Source: Polyangiales bacterium
Lineage (GTDB): Bacteria > Myxococcota_A > Polyangia > Polyangiales > Polyangiaceae
Assembly (NCBI GenBank): GCA_038231275.1
Contig: JBBRLQ010000001.1
Span: forward strand, 576,001 to 640,000
DNA: 64,000 bases
Direction: 5' to 3'
The translations under genes and the position numbers were made by a program. The notes beneath the pieces are model-generated. The model did not search any database. It was not told where the DNA came from and saw only the letters and a program-made list of their open reading frames with translations. Below are positions 30,901 through 40,736 of the stretch, one piece after another (position 1 is the stretch's first letter; each line of letters begins with the position of its first letter).

Positions 30901-31374
30901 CTAGCTCGGCCTGCACGTGGAGCAGGTCGGGTCCCAAAGCGCATCGACGTAGCCCGACGGCGCCTTCGACGTGCACCCGAGATCGCGGATGTTCATGTTG
31001 AGCGTCGTCATGTCATGCGTCGCCCGCGCGCTGTAGGGCGCGTTGCCGTACGAGGGATGCGCACTCAAGTAGGTCTCCACGCGGTTTCCGGTGTCGAGGC
31101 ATCGCGACCAAAACCAATACTTCCCTGTGGACACGTTCGGCGAGAGCACTGTGGGCTTCGTGCATCCCCACGCCGAGAGCTGCGCTTGAAACGCGTCAGT
31201 CATGTCGAACGTCGTCACGCAACAGGACTTGGACGGGTCGCAAGTACCGAGCGATTCCGCTACCTGAGATGCGCTCTGTTCTTCGGACTGCGGAGGTGAT
31301 CCACATCCCAGCCACAGCGCGCTCCCGATCACGGTCATTCCCAGAACCAACGACATCTCTCGCATGGCCATCAT
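30901..31374 (-). CDS. Cys-rich secreted lipoprotein
   Basis: GGAG SD; lipobox LWLGC; C-terminal WDPTCSTC. Confidence 0.75.
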   Translation of the reverse strand: MMAMREMSLVLGMTVIGSALWLGCGSPPQSEEQSASQVAESLGTCDPSKSCCVTTFDMTDAFQAQLSAWGCTKPTVLSPNVSTGKYWFWSRCLDTGNRVETYLSAHPSYGNAPYSARATHDMTTLNMNIRDLGCTSKAPSGYVDALWDPTCSTCRPS

Positions 31375-31658
31375 TCTTGTTTTCTCCCTGAGGCGGACTG
31401 AAGGGTCCGAGAAAGCCGAACGGTTCGCCGCCGCCGACCTTAAGAGCATTCTTCTCTGGCCGTCGCCCAGCCGATGCCGACGCGCTTGTCTGACGTTGAG
31501 GCGCCGTCGAACGCGGCAGCCGCCGGAGTAGCAACGCCCACGGCGGTCCCGCCCGCGCTCTCTGGACCACCGCGACGCACGTCCCGCGACACGGGCGACT
31601 TCGCCTCGGCAGGCCCGGCGGCCTCGGTCGACGAGCCCGGCAGGGCTATGCTGTCGGG

Positions 31659-32510
31659 GTGGACGTTCGCGCCATCCGCTTTGCCCGCGAGAAATACGGC
31701 GTCCCGCTTGCGGTGGACGTGGCCGACGTCCGGGACCTGCCGGGCTTCATCCAGACGGACGAACCCCACGCGCTGTCGTTCTACGAGCTCATGTTCGTGA
31801 CCGGTGGCCGAGGGTCCTTGGATCTCGACGCGACGAGCGTGGAGGTCGCGCCCAGCGTGACCCTGGTGACGCGGCCGGGACAGGCGAGGCGCTGGCGCAT
31901 GCGCGCGCCGCTCCGGGCGATCGCGCTGTTCTTCGAGCGGGAGTTCGTCGACGGATTGTTCGACGACCCCTCGTTCCTCGACGAGCGCGGTATGGACGCG
32001 CACGTCCGGATGGAGGACACGGGCTTTCGCCGATGCCTCGCCTCGCTGTCTCTCCTGACCGACGAGATGCGGCGCCTCCGCCCCGACAGCGCGCACGTCG
32101 TCCGCGCCGGGCTCCATCAGCTGCTCGTCTGGATGCGCAGGGCCGCGCAGCACGGCGCGACCACGCGCGCGCCGGCGGCTCCGCGCGGTCCCCTCGCGCG
32201 CGATCTGCGCCGCCTGGTGGAGCGGCACTACCGCGAGCAGCAGCGCGTGGGCGACTATGCGCGAATGCTCGGCGTCTCGGCCGAGCACCTGAGCCGCGCC
32301 GTCCGGCGGGAGACAGGTACGACGGCGCGCGACGTGATCCATCAGAGGGTTCTCCTCGAAGCAAAGCGGATGCTCCGCTATTCGGAGCGGTCGGTCGCCG
32401 CGATCGGCGAGGAGCTGGACTTCGCCGACGCGTCGCACTTCGTACGCTTCTTCAAGAACGCGGTGGGCACCACGCCGGCGGCGTTCCGAAGATCCCATTT
32501 CAGGTCATGA
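31659..32510 (+). CDS. AraC-family transcriptional regulator
   Basis: N-terminal cupin; VGDYARMLGVSAEHLSR and LDFADASHFVRFFKNAVGTTP HTHs. Confidence 0.93.
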   Translation: MDVRAIRFAREKYGVPLAVDVADVRDLPGFIQTDEPHALSFYELMFVTGGRGSLDLDATSVEVAPSVTLVTRPGQARRWRMRAPLRAIALFFEREFVDGLFDDPSFLDERGMDAHVRMEDTGFRRCLASLSLLTDEMRRLRPDSAHVVRAGLHQLLVWMRRAAQHGATTRAPAAPRGPLARDLRRLVERHYREQQRVGDYARMLGVSAEHLSRAVRRETGTTARDVIHQRVLLEAKRMLRYSERSVAAIGEELDFADASHFVRFFKNAVGTTPAAFRRSHFRS

Positions 32511-32558
32511 ACGTTCCTTGTCGTCCGTGCCGCCCTGGCTAGAGTCGCGGGGGAGGAC

Positions 32559-33728
32559 GTGGTGATGACATCCGGACGAACGATGGGCGCCGTTCTGGCG
32601 GTCGCGCTGCTCGGCGGAGCGTGCGGCGCGGCCCCGCCGAAGGCCACGGCCGCCCCCGCCACGAAGTCGGCCGCGTCGCCGGCCGCCGCCTCCGTCGACT
32701 CGGTCACGTCCCACGAGCGGAGCGCGGTGGAGATCGCGAGCGGCGTGTACGTGATCCGCCACGAGGACGCGCCAGACACGTTCCCGCAGGGAAATACCAC
32801 GGTCATCGTCGGGGACCGCGACGTCCTCGTCGTGGACTCCTGCTACTTGCCGTCGAGCGCGAAGAAAGACATCGCGCAGATCGGAAAATGGACGAGCAAA
32901 CCGGTGCGCTACCTGGTGAACACGCACTGGCACTACGACCACACGATGGGGAACGCGGCGTACCGCGACGCGTTCCCGTCGATTGCGATCATCGCGCACA
33001 CGGAGACCCGCAAACAGATCGCCGGCTACAATCCGCAGTGGTTCGCGAAGTTTCCTGCGCGCGCCACCATGTTCAAGCAGCGTCTCGACGAAGGCAAAGG
33101 TGCCGACGGAAAGCCGTACTCGCAAGGAGAGATCGCCGAGCTTCGCACCGCCCTCGCCGGCACCGAGCCGGTGTGGAGCGAGCTCCGCGACCTCGCCGGT
33201 CGGCGTGACTTGGTGCCGACGCTGACGTTCGAGCGGGAGCTCGACGTCGATCTAGGAGGTCGTGACGTGCGCATCCTGCACCTGGGACGGGGAAACACGG
33301 CGGGCGACGCGGTGGTGGTGCTGCCGCGCGAGAAGATCGTCGTCGCCGGCGATCTGGTGGATCACCCGGTGCCGTATCTTGGCGGCGGCTATCCGCTGGA
33401 GTTGATCGGAACGCTGGAGAGTCTGGCGCGCCTCGAGCCCGCCACGATCGTCCCGGGGCACGGCAAGGTCCTGCGCGGCAACGCGTACCTGATGCAGGTC
33501 ATCGAGCTGCTCCGTGTCGTGGTTGCGGCGGTCGACGGGGAGATTCACCGCGTCGGCAACGGCCCGCGAAATCTGGACGCCGTGAGGAAGGGCGTGGAGG
33601 CGAGCGTCGACGTGGCAGCGTGGCGCCAGCGCTTCACCGGGGACGACCGCGACAGTCGCGACTTCTTCGACGACTTCTCGTTCGCCGGCCTGGTGACCGC
33701 GGCCTACGCGGAGCTCTGGCCGCGGTAG
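32559..33728 (+). CDS. MBL-fold metallo-hydrolase lipoprotein
   Basis: NTHWHYDHTMGN, GNTAGD, AGDL, VPGHG; lipobox LGGAC. Confidence 0.9.
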   Translation: MVMTSGRTMGAVLAVALLGGACGAAPPKATAAPATKSAASPAAASVDSVTSHERSAVEIASGVYVIRHEDAPDTFPQGNTTVIVGDRDVLVVDSCYLPSSAKKDIAQIGKWTSKPVRYLVNTHWHYDHTMGNAAYRDAFPSIAIIAHTETRKQIAGYNPQWFAKFPARATMFKQRLDEGKGADGKPYSQGEIAELRTALAGTEPVWSELRDLAGRRDLVPTLTFERELDVDLGGRDVRILHLGRGNTAGDAVVVLPREKIVVAGDLVDHPVPYLGGGYPLELIGTLESLARLEPATIVPGHGKVLRGNAYLMQVIELLRVVVAAVDGEIHRVGNGPRNLDAVRKGVEASVDVAAWRQRFTGDDRDSRDFFDDFSFAGLVTAAYAELWPR

Positions 33729-33791
33729 CAGGTCGCGTCTCGCAAACGCCCGGCCGCCACTTGGCGCGCGCGGCGGCACGTCTGCTTGAAA

Positions 33792-33807
33792 TGGCACACC
33801 AGGTGCT
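33792..33807 (+). promoter_or_regulatory. Putative sigma54 promoter
   Basis: TGGCACACCAGGTGCT, GG-N10-GC, ending 13 nt before the ATG at 33821. Confidence 0.6.
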
Positions 33808-33820
33808 TCGGGACGGCCGC

Positions 33821-34324
33821 ATGAAGCGGATCCTGTGCGGACTAGGCATGGCTTTGGTCGTGGCGGGCTGCGCGGCAACGCCCGAGCTCACCTATTCGTC
33901 GGACCTTGACGGAGGGTTGTCGCAGCTCCTCGAGGGGGACGCCTCTCCAGACGGGGGCACGGAAGAAGACGGAGGCACCACCGGTACCCAGTACGTCGAC
34001 GCGGAGGCGCCGTGGATCGAGGCCGGACCGCGCGTCGATTCGAGCTCGTTGGATCACGACGCGGGCGCCGCCGCGCCTCCGCCTTCGGACAGCGGCGCCG
34101 GAGGGCCAACGTGTCCGTCCGTCATCTCACCAGGGGTTCAGTGTTGCACCTCCTCGCCGCCGACTTCGTCGCGCACGTGCGTGGGGCAATCGTGCAGCCA
34201 CTGTGGCGATTGTTTGCAGGCCGGATGCGACGCCACGCAGTTTTGCTGCGCGGCCGTGAATGGCGGCGGCAAGTACAAGGGGACCTTCTGCTCCGACTCC
34301 ATCGCGTGCCCCCGACCGAGCTGA
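33821..34324 (+). CDS. Cys-rich lipoprotein
   Basis: Lipobox VVAGC; DAG-type linker; Cys-rich C-terminus. Confidence 0.75.
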   Translation: MKRILCGLGMALVVAGCAATPELTYSSDLDGGLSQLLEGDASPDGGTEEDGGTTGTQYVDAEAPWIEAGPRVDSSSLDHDAGAAAPPPSDSGAGGPTCPSVISPGVQCCTSSPPTSSRTCVGQSCSHCGDCLQAGCDATQFCCAAVNGGGKYKGTFCSDSIACPRPS

Positions 34325-34388
34325 GGCTCGCCTCGACTTCGAAAGCGCCACGTTCAGGGAGGGCAATTTGCCGATTTCCTCCCCTCCC

Positions 34389-34417
34389 TTGACAATATGT
34401 AGACCGATCTACATAGT
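34389..34417 (+). promoter_or_regulatory. sigma70 promoter with an embedded TetR operator palindrome
   Basis: TTGACA (34389) - 17 nt - CATAGT (34412); inverted repeat TATGTAGA-CCGA-TCTACATA at 34396-34415. Confidence 0.85.
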
Positions 34418-34424
34418 TGAATGG

Positions 34425-34991
34425 ATGGGTGCGACAAGAGAACGCTTCGTGCGGGCAACCGCGACGCTTCTGCAGGAGCGGGGGTACAGCGGCACGGGAC
34501 TGAACGACATCCTCGCGGCGAGCGGCGCGCCGCGAGGGTCGCTCTACTTTCACTTCCCCGGGGGCAAGGCCGAGCTCGCGGCCGAGGCGGTGAAGCAATC
34601 GGCCGCAGAGATGTGCGACGTCTTGCGCGGTCTCCTCGAGGCGTCGGAGAACATCGAGCAGGGCATCCGGTCGATCACGCACCTGCTCGGACAGCAGCTC
34701 GTCGCGTCCGACTACAAGCTCGGCTGCCCCATCGCGCCGCTGGCGATCGAAGGCGTCGACGGTGCGCTCGCAGACCAGGTCGCCGGCGCGTTCGAAGCCT
34801 GGCACAAGGTCATCCGCGCGCGGTTGGTGCGCGCAGGGCACGCGCCGAAGCGGGCGACAGAGCTGGCGACGTTCGCGCTCTCGGCGATCGAGGGTGCGCT
34901 CCTCCTGTGCAAGGTGCGCCGAAGCGTGGCGCCCCTCGAGCGGGCGGCCATCGAGCTGGCGCGGATCGCCGAGCCGGCGAAAGGAACATGA
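34425..34991 (+). CDS. TetR-family regulator (LmrA/YxaF-like)
   Basis: GYSGTGLNDILAASGAPRGSLYFHFPGGKAEL; GCPIAPLAIE. Confidence 0.93.
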   Translation: MGATRERFVRATATLLQERGYSGTGLNDILAASGAPRGSLYFHFPGGKAELAAEAVKQSAAEMCDVLRGLLEASENIEQGIRSITHLLGQQLVASDYKLGCPIAPLAIEGVDGALADQVAGAFEAWHKVIRARLVRAGHAPKRATELATFALSAIEGALLLCKVRRSVAPLERAAIELARIAEPAKGT

Positions 34992-36019
34992 CGATGAGCG
35001 CGCATGCATTCGTAACGGGCGCCACGGGGTTGATCGGTCGGTGGCTCGTTCCCGCGCTGACGCGTCGCGGCTACGTCGTGACCGCCCTGGTACGCGACGC
35101 CGGCGCGCGCGAGGCGGAGTACCTCGCGTGGGTCGATGGGCACGGTGGCCACTCCGAACAGGTGCGCCTCGTCGACGGCGACCTCGGAGCGGAGGGCCTC
35201 GGGCTGAGCGAGGCGTCGCGATCGCGGGTCGGTGAGGCGGACATCGTCTACCACCTCGGCGCGGCGATGCAGCTGGGCCTCGATCCCGCGCGCACGCACG
35301 CCGTCAACGAGCTCGGCACCGAGCGCGTCCTCTCGCTCGCCGCCTCGTCGGATCGACGTCCACGTTTCGTGTTGCTCACGGGGTTTCGCATCGCCGCCGC
35401 GCGCCACAGGGACCCTGCCAAGATGGGCGCGTACGAGGCATCGAAGGTACGCGCCGACGCCCGCGCACGCGTCTTCGCGCGCGAGCGCGGAATGCCGCTC
35501 ACCGTCGTGAACCCCGCGGTAGTCATCGGCGATTCACGGACCGGCGAGACGACGCTCTTCTGGGGATTCCCCGAGGTCGTGCGCGATCTGAAGCAAAGGA
35601 AGCTCCCGGCGGTACCCGGTAGCGCACGTCACTGGATGCCGCTGGTCACCGTCGACTACCTCGCCGAGTTTCTCGCGCACGTGCCCTCGCGCGATGAAGA
35701 GGCGCTGGCGGAGTATTTCCTGCTCGATGATCGCACCCCCAACCTCGGTGCGCTGTTCCGGCTCGTCGCCGATCAGCTCGGCGTCGCGGCGCCGCGCCTC
35801 CACGTGCCGATGGCGATCGCGCCGCTCCTCCTGCGGTTGATTGGGCAAGGCGCGAAGGTCGAGGGGCTGAACTTCATCAGCACCGATCGCTACGACACGA
35901 CCTCGGCCACGCGCGCCGCGGCGAGGATCGGGCTGGAGCTGCCCGATCTCGATCGCGCCGTCAGGAAGAGCGTCGACTTCCTCGTCGCACACGATTTCGG
36001 CGCAACCGTGAGCGGATGA
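34988..36019 (+). CDS. Extended SDR / NAD-binding (male-sterility-type) oxidoreductase
   Basis: FVTGATGLIG, YHLGA, YEASK, NPAVVIGDSRTG; ATGA overlap with the TetR gene. Confidence 0.9.
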   Translation: MTMSAHAFVTGATGLIGRWLVPALTRRGYVVTALVRDAGAREAEYLAWVDGHGGHSEQVRLVDGDLGAEGLGLSEASRSRVGEADIVYHLGAAMQLGLDPARTHAVNELGTERVLSLAASSDRRPRFVLLTGFRIAAARHRDPAKMGAYEASKVRADARARVFARERGMPLTVVNPAVVIGDSRTGETTLFWGFPEVVRDLKQRKLPAVPGSARHWMPLVTVDYLAEFLAHVPSRDEEALAEYFLLDDRTPNLGALFRLVADQLGVAAPRLHVPMAIAPLLLRLIGQGAKVEGLNFISTDRYDTTSATRAAARIGLELPDLDRAVRKSVDFLVAHDFGATVSG

Positions 36020-36359
36020 ATCTCCCATGCCGTCGCGCGCCAGTTGCCGGCGTGCCCCGGCGCGATGTTCTTTTGTTCTCGTCGCGCCTTCACAAGTGTC
36101 CCGGAGCGGCATCAACCGTTTCACAGGCTTCCGTCATGCGGCGATCCCGAGCCGCCAATGGGCGAGTCTTCAAAGCAGGGGGTCAGGCGAAGGACCAATT
36201 CGAACTTCTCGGTCCTCGAGGAGCTCCCCGCCTCGCGCCCCGCTTCACCGGCGCGTGCTCGGCGCGCGTGCTCATGTACGCCATCGCGCGTCGCGAGCTT
36301 CGACGCCGCCGGGCTCGCCTTGGCGAGGCGGTGCGCCTCGACGTGCTGAGCCCGTACGT

Positions 36360-36751
36360 CTAGTCGACCTTCACGTCGAGCGCGCCGGCCGACTGCGCAT
36401 CGAACATGAAGAGATCGTAGTCCCGGTGTACTTCGCGCCTTCGAAGCCCCCCGTGGAGAGCGTGCCGTTGATGATGAACGTCGTGGTGCCGGTCACAGCG
36501 CCGAGGCTCTGCGCGCCGGTGATCGCGGGGCCGTCGTTGGGTTCGACCTCCGCAACGATTGACGTCGTGCCCCCACCGCCGCCGTCCCCGCCGCCGCCTC
36601 CTCCGAAGAGCCCGCCGTCGGCGCCGGCTCCTCCGTCCCCGCCCCCACCGCCACTACTAGAGGAGGAGCTCGTGGTCGTGGAGCTGCAGGCGGCGGTGAG
36701 CGCGGCGCATAGGATGAAGGTGAACACGCTGATTTTCACCGAGATCGTCAT
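36360..36751 (-). pseudogene. Frameshifted, truncated lipoprotein gene with an EVEPND/PPC-like domain
   Basis: Lipobox LTAAC, EVEPND; after KYTG the expected DYDLFMFDAQSAGALDVKVD continues in another frame and ends at TAG. Confidence 0.7.
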
Positions 36752-36881
36752 GCGGCCGCCCTTCGCCGATAGCTCAGCCCTTCAGTGTGCACCGATCGCC
36801 GCGCTTGCCGAGAAGACCGCCTGATCCAGCGGCCGCATCAGGCGCGTTCAGGTTGCGTGGTCGGCGTGGCATGATGCGACC

Positions 36882-37193
36882 GTGAAGTCGGTCGTGCCTC
36901 GGAACGCGGTTGCGTCAGTGCTCCTTTCTTGTTTGGGGTTGCTCGCTGGGTGCGGAGGCGCCGGCGCTGAAGGGCCAGGCCCAACGACGGGTCCCGTGAC
37001 GCCGCCCGCCTCCTCCATCGACGCGGCGGCGATCAACCAGTCCCACTGCGGCGCGTGCCACGCGCCGTTCGACGCAAAGAGCCATCCGCGAGCCCACCTC
37101 GAGCGCATCCTCAAGATTCACAAGGATCAGAAGCGCGCCACGCTCACCGACGAGGAGTGGACCAAGCTCATCGCGTTCCTGGCGAACGATTAG
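36882..37193 (+). CDS. Small monoheme cytochrome c lipoprotein
   Basis: Lipobox LLAGC; CGACH heme-binding motif; LTDEEWTKLIAFL C-terminal helix. Confidence 0.8.
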   Translation: MKSVVPRNAVASVLLSCLGLLAGCGGAGAEGPGPTTGPVTPPASSIDAAAINQSHCGACHAPFDAKSHPRAHLERILKIHKDQKRATLTDEEWTKLIAFLAND

Positions 37194-37227
37194 CTCGTCT
37201 CGCCGCACCCGAGTCCCGCGCGTTGGG

Positions 37228-38223
37228 CTACGTCTTCGGTGGCGGCGCGCCGATCGACAAGGGGGCGCTCCCGTTGCGATCGAGCCACGCGAGGCAGCCG
37301 CGAATGCTGCCGGTCGCGAGCGCGACGCACGTGTCGGCGCCGCCGTAGTACATGCGGATCGTGTCGCCATCGGGCGCGAGCGTCGTGCCGCAGGGGAACG
37401 CGACGTTGCCGACGTCCCCTTGGCGTTCGTAAATCGCCTCGGGGCCGAAGACCCATTCGTCGCCGCGCGCGAGGCAGACCTCGGGCTCGTTCGTCGCGAA
37501 GAGGGCGAGGCCGAGTCGGTACAAGCTGCCGGCCGCGGTGTGACGCACGCCGTGATAAATCATGAGCCACCCGCGCGGCGTCTCGATGAGCGGCGGGGAC
37601 AGGCCGACCTTGTTCGCGTCCCACCACGCGCCCTTGCGCGCGAGCAGGATCGGCTTGTGGCCGCCCCAGTTGCGTAGATCGGGCGAGTAGGAGATCCAGA
37701 TGTTCGCCGCGGCGTCGGTCACCGGGCGGTGAATCAGCGCGAACTGGCCGTTGATGCGGCGTGGGAAGAGCGCGGCGTCCTTGTCGTCGGGCTGCATAAC
37801 GAGGCCGCACCGCTCGAACGTTCGAAAGTCCTTCGTCAGCGCGATCGCGACGCCAGGTCCGTCTTTGCTGAACGCCGTGTACGCGACGACGTATTGCGCG
37901 AGCTCCTCCACCCACGTGATGCGCGGGTCTTCGATGCCCCACAGCTCCTCGTGGTGGAGATCCGGCTGCGGCAGCATCGTCGGCGTCTCGTCGACGACCC
38001 ATCCGTCGATGCCGTTCTTCGACCGCGCCGCGCAGAGGTGCGAGTGACCCCTGCGGTCTTCGACCCGGCAAAGGAGGAGCGTCGTGCCGTCGCGCAGGAG
38101 CGTCGCGCCCGCGTTGAAGACCGTGTGCGCGGGGTACGGCCAATCCTGCGCAGTGAGGATCGGGTTACCCTCGTGGCGATGGAAGAGCACGTCGTAGTCG
38201 CGCTTGCTCCCCTTGGTGGTCAC
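37228..38223 (-). CDS. GH130-family glycosidase/phosphorylase
   Basis: NPILT...VFNAGA, WGIEDPRI, DDKDAALFP, YYGGAD. Confidence 0.9.
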   Translation of the reverse strand: MTTKGSKRDYDVLFHRHEGNPILTAQDWPYPAHTVFNAGATLLRDGTTLLLCRVEDRRGHSHLCAARSKNGIDGWVVDETPTMLPQPDLHHEELWGIEDPRITWVEELAQYVVAYTAFSKDGPGVAIALTKDFRTFERCGLVMQPDDKDAALFPRRINGQFALIHRPVTDAAANIWISYSPDLRNWGGHKPILLARKGAWWDANKVGLSPPLIETPRGWLMIYHGVRHTAAGSLYRLGLALFATNEPEVCLARGDEWVFGPEAIYERQGDVGNVAFPCGTTLAPDGDTIRMYYGGADTCVALATGSIRGCLAWLDRNGSAPLSIGAPPPKT

Positions 38224-40574
38224 GAAAGCCTCTCCTTCGCGGTGGGCAGCGAGGCGACGTGGTCGGGGCGCGTCTTCGCCACGGTGAGCGGCGTTGCGGA
38301 TGCGAGGATCTTCGACGCGAGACGATCGGCGGCGCGCACCTCGGCGACTGCGATGAGGAACGAGAGCGTCGACTCCGCCCCCTGGTTCTCGTTCATGCGG
38401 TCTTCGTGGATGCCATCGCGGCAGCCTCCGGTCGCGGCGTCGAAGACCGGCGCGTGCAGCGCGTTCTGGCCGAAGAACCACTCGAACGCGTGACGCGCGT
38501 GCTCGGCCCATCGAGGCTGGCCGGTCAGACGATGCGCGTCGAGGCAGGCGGAGACCATCGCGCACGCCTCCACCGGTTGCTGATCGAAGACGGCGCGAGG
38601 CCCGCCGCGAACGTAGAAGCCGTTGGAGCCCACGGGAGCGAACGAGCCGGTGCCCGCGCCGCAGACCGTGGTGAGCCACTCGAGCGAGCGCTCGGCGGCC
38701 TGCTTCATCTCCTCATCGCCCATCCACGTGGCCGACAAGAGGAGGGACTGCGGGAGGCGAGCGTTGCAGTACGTGAGGCGATCCTCGAACCACGGCCAGT
38801 CCGGTGTGCGTGAGTGACGGAAGCGCTCGAAGAGCTTCTGCGCCAGCGCGGTGCCGACCGACTCGACGCCGCTGTCACCGTGGAACGCGCGGAGATACTC
38901 GTCGATGCCGAGCAGCGTGTACGCCCACGCGCGCGGACTCGTCAGGCTGGCCGTCGCCGGAAGCGCGGCGTAGAAGAGTTGGCGCCCGAGCGCTTTTCGC
39001 CCCGGATCTTCGGAGCGCCCGATCACGGCGCCGAGCGCCCAGAGTGCACGGCCGTGACAGTCGTCGGAGCCGGGCGCATCGACCCAGCGCCGATCGTACG
39101 TCATGAAATTCCGGAAGCGGCCGCTCTCCTCGTCGAACGCGTGGTTCACGAACGCGAGGTATCGCGCGGCGAGGGCACGCACGACGGCGGGCGTCTCGGT
39201 GCCCTGATCCTCGAGGAGCATCATGAGGAGGAGCCCGCGCGCGTTGTCGTCGGTGCAGTACCCGTCGCGGTAGCGCGGGACGTCGAACGTCGCGTGCTGG
39301 AGGATGCCGGTGTCGTCGGTCATCGCGCGCACGTGCGAGAGATCGACCTCGGGCGGTTCGGGCGGGCGCCGCGCCAGTGTCTTTGCCTGGAACACCGCGC
39401 GCCGGCGGGCGTCGTGGGCCGCGCGCGCGCGCTCGAAGGTCTCGAGGTAACTGCGCGCGACGATCGGCCAGCTCATTCCTCGCCCGAACTCGGCCGCGCG
39501 CTGCTGGAGCGCGAAGCGCTTGGCCGGATCGTCGAGCAGCGCGATCACCTCGCGCGCGATCGCCCCGGAGTCCCGCCACGGCACGAGCACGCCGCGACCG
39601 TCTGCGAGCAGCTCGCGCGCGTAACGGTACGGTGTGGAGACCACCGCCTTGCCGCAGCCCACCGCGTACGCCAGCGTGCCCGACGTGCTCTGCTCCTCCT
39701 TCAGGTACGGCGTCACGTAGATGTCGGCGGCGCCGAGGAACTCGACGAGCTCCTCGTGGCTGACGAAACGGTTGTGGAAGATGATGTTCGCAGTGACGCC
39801 GAGGCGCTGCGCGCGGCTCTCGAGCATGTGCCGGTACGTCTCGCCGTGCTGCTGCTTCACGTGAGGATGCGTCGCGCCGAGCACGATGTAGACGACGTCC
39901 GGATGCTGTTCGACGATCGCAGGCAATGCGTCGATCACGTGCTCGATGCCCTTGTCGGGGGAGAGAAGCCCGAAGGTGAGGATGACCATGCGCCCCTCGA
40001 CGCCCAGGCGATCCTTGCTGCGCCGCTCCGCGGCAACGGGGATGCCGTGGGGGATCACGTCGATCTTGGCGAGGTCGACGCCGTGGACCTCGTGGAGCAG
40101 CGCCGCGCCGTCGCTGCTCATGACGACGACGCGCTCCGACAGCTTGACGATCGCGTCCATGACCGCGAGCTGCGAATGGTTCGGTGCGGCGATGATCGTG
40201 TGCAGCGTCGTCACGATCGGCATTCGCAGATCGCGGAGAAGCTCGAGCACGTTGGCGCCCGCCTTGGGGCCGAAGATGCCGTACTCGTGCTGCAGCGAGA
40301 CCACGTCGACGGCGTTGACGTTGAGAAAATCCGCGGCGCGCCGGTACGCCGACACGTCTCCCTCCGCGATCTCGAAGCGAACACGCGGCGGGTACGCGTG
40401 GTGGACGCCCGGATCGTTCATCGCGAGGACGAAGCAGTCGATGTCGGGGACCTCCGAGGCGATGGCTTGGCTGAGATCGGTGGTGAACGTCGCGATGCCG
40501 CACTGCCGGGGCAGGTGGTTACCGAGCATCGCGACGGTACGGACAAACCCGTGCCCACGGCCGCTTTCGTCCAT
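38220..40574 (-). CDS. GT4 glycosyltransferase with a C-terminal (alpha/alpha)-barrel-like domain
   Basis: PRQCGIATFT, LQHEYGIFG, TFGLLSPDKGIE, SGTLAYA; C-terminal GYCTDDNAR, FDQQPVEA, NQGAESTL. Confidence 0.92.
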   Translation of the reverse strand: MDESGRGHGFVRTVAMLGNHLPRQCGIATFTTDLSQAIASEVPDIDCFVLAMNDPGVHHAYPPRVRFEIAEGDVSAYRRAADFLNVNAVDVVSLQHEYGIFGPKAGANVLELLRDLRMPIVTTLHTIIAAPNHSQLAVMDAIVKLSERVVVMSSDGAALLHEVHGVDLAKIDVIPHGIPVAAERRSKDRLGVEGRMVILTFGLLSPDKGIEHVIDALPAIVEQHPDVVYIVLGATHPHVKQQHGETYRHMLESRAQRLGVTANIIFHNRFVSHEELVEFLGAADIYVTPYLKEEQSTSGTLAYAVGCGKAVVSTPYRYARELLADGRGVLVPWRDSGAIAREVIALLDDPAKRFALQQRAAEFGRGMSWPIVARSYLETFERARAAHDARRRAVFQAKTLARRPPEPPEVDLSHVRAMTDDTGILQHATFDVPRYRDGYCTDDNARGLLLMMLLEDQGTETPAVVRALAARYLAFVNHAFDEESGRFRNFMTYDRRWVDAPGSDDCHGRALWALGAVIGRSEDPGRKALGRQLFYAALPATASLTSPRAWAYTLLGIDEYLRAFHGDSGVESVGTALAQKLFERFRHSRTPDWPWFEDRLTYCNARLPQSLLLSATWMGDEEMKQAAERSLEWLTTVCGAGTGSFAPVGSNGFYVRGGPRAVFDQQPVEACAMVSACLDAHRLTGQPRWAEHARHAFEWFFGQNALHAPVFDAATGGCRDGIHEDRMNENQGAESTLSFLIAVAEVRAADRLASKILASATPLTVAKTRPDHVASLPTAKERLS

Positions 40575-40736
40575 GATCCCCTCGAATTGACCGCGGATCG
40601 TGGCCGAAGTCTGAAGCTCGCGCGCGACCGTCGGGAGGACGGCGCATCACGGGCGGGGCGAAGCATGCGCCTACCGTGCGGCCGGCGCAAGCGATGCACG
40701 TCTTGCAGGTGAGGCGAGAGCCCGACCGTGGACTGG

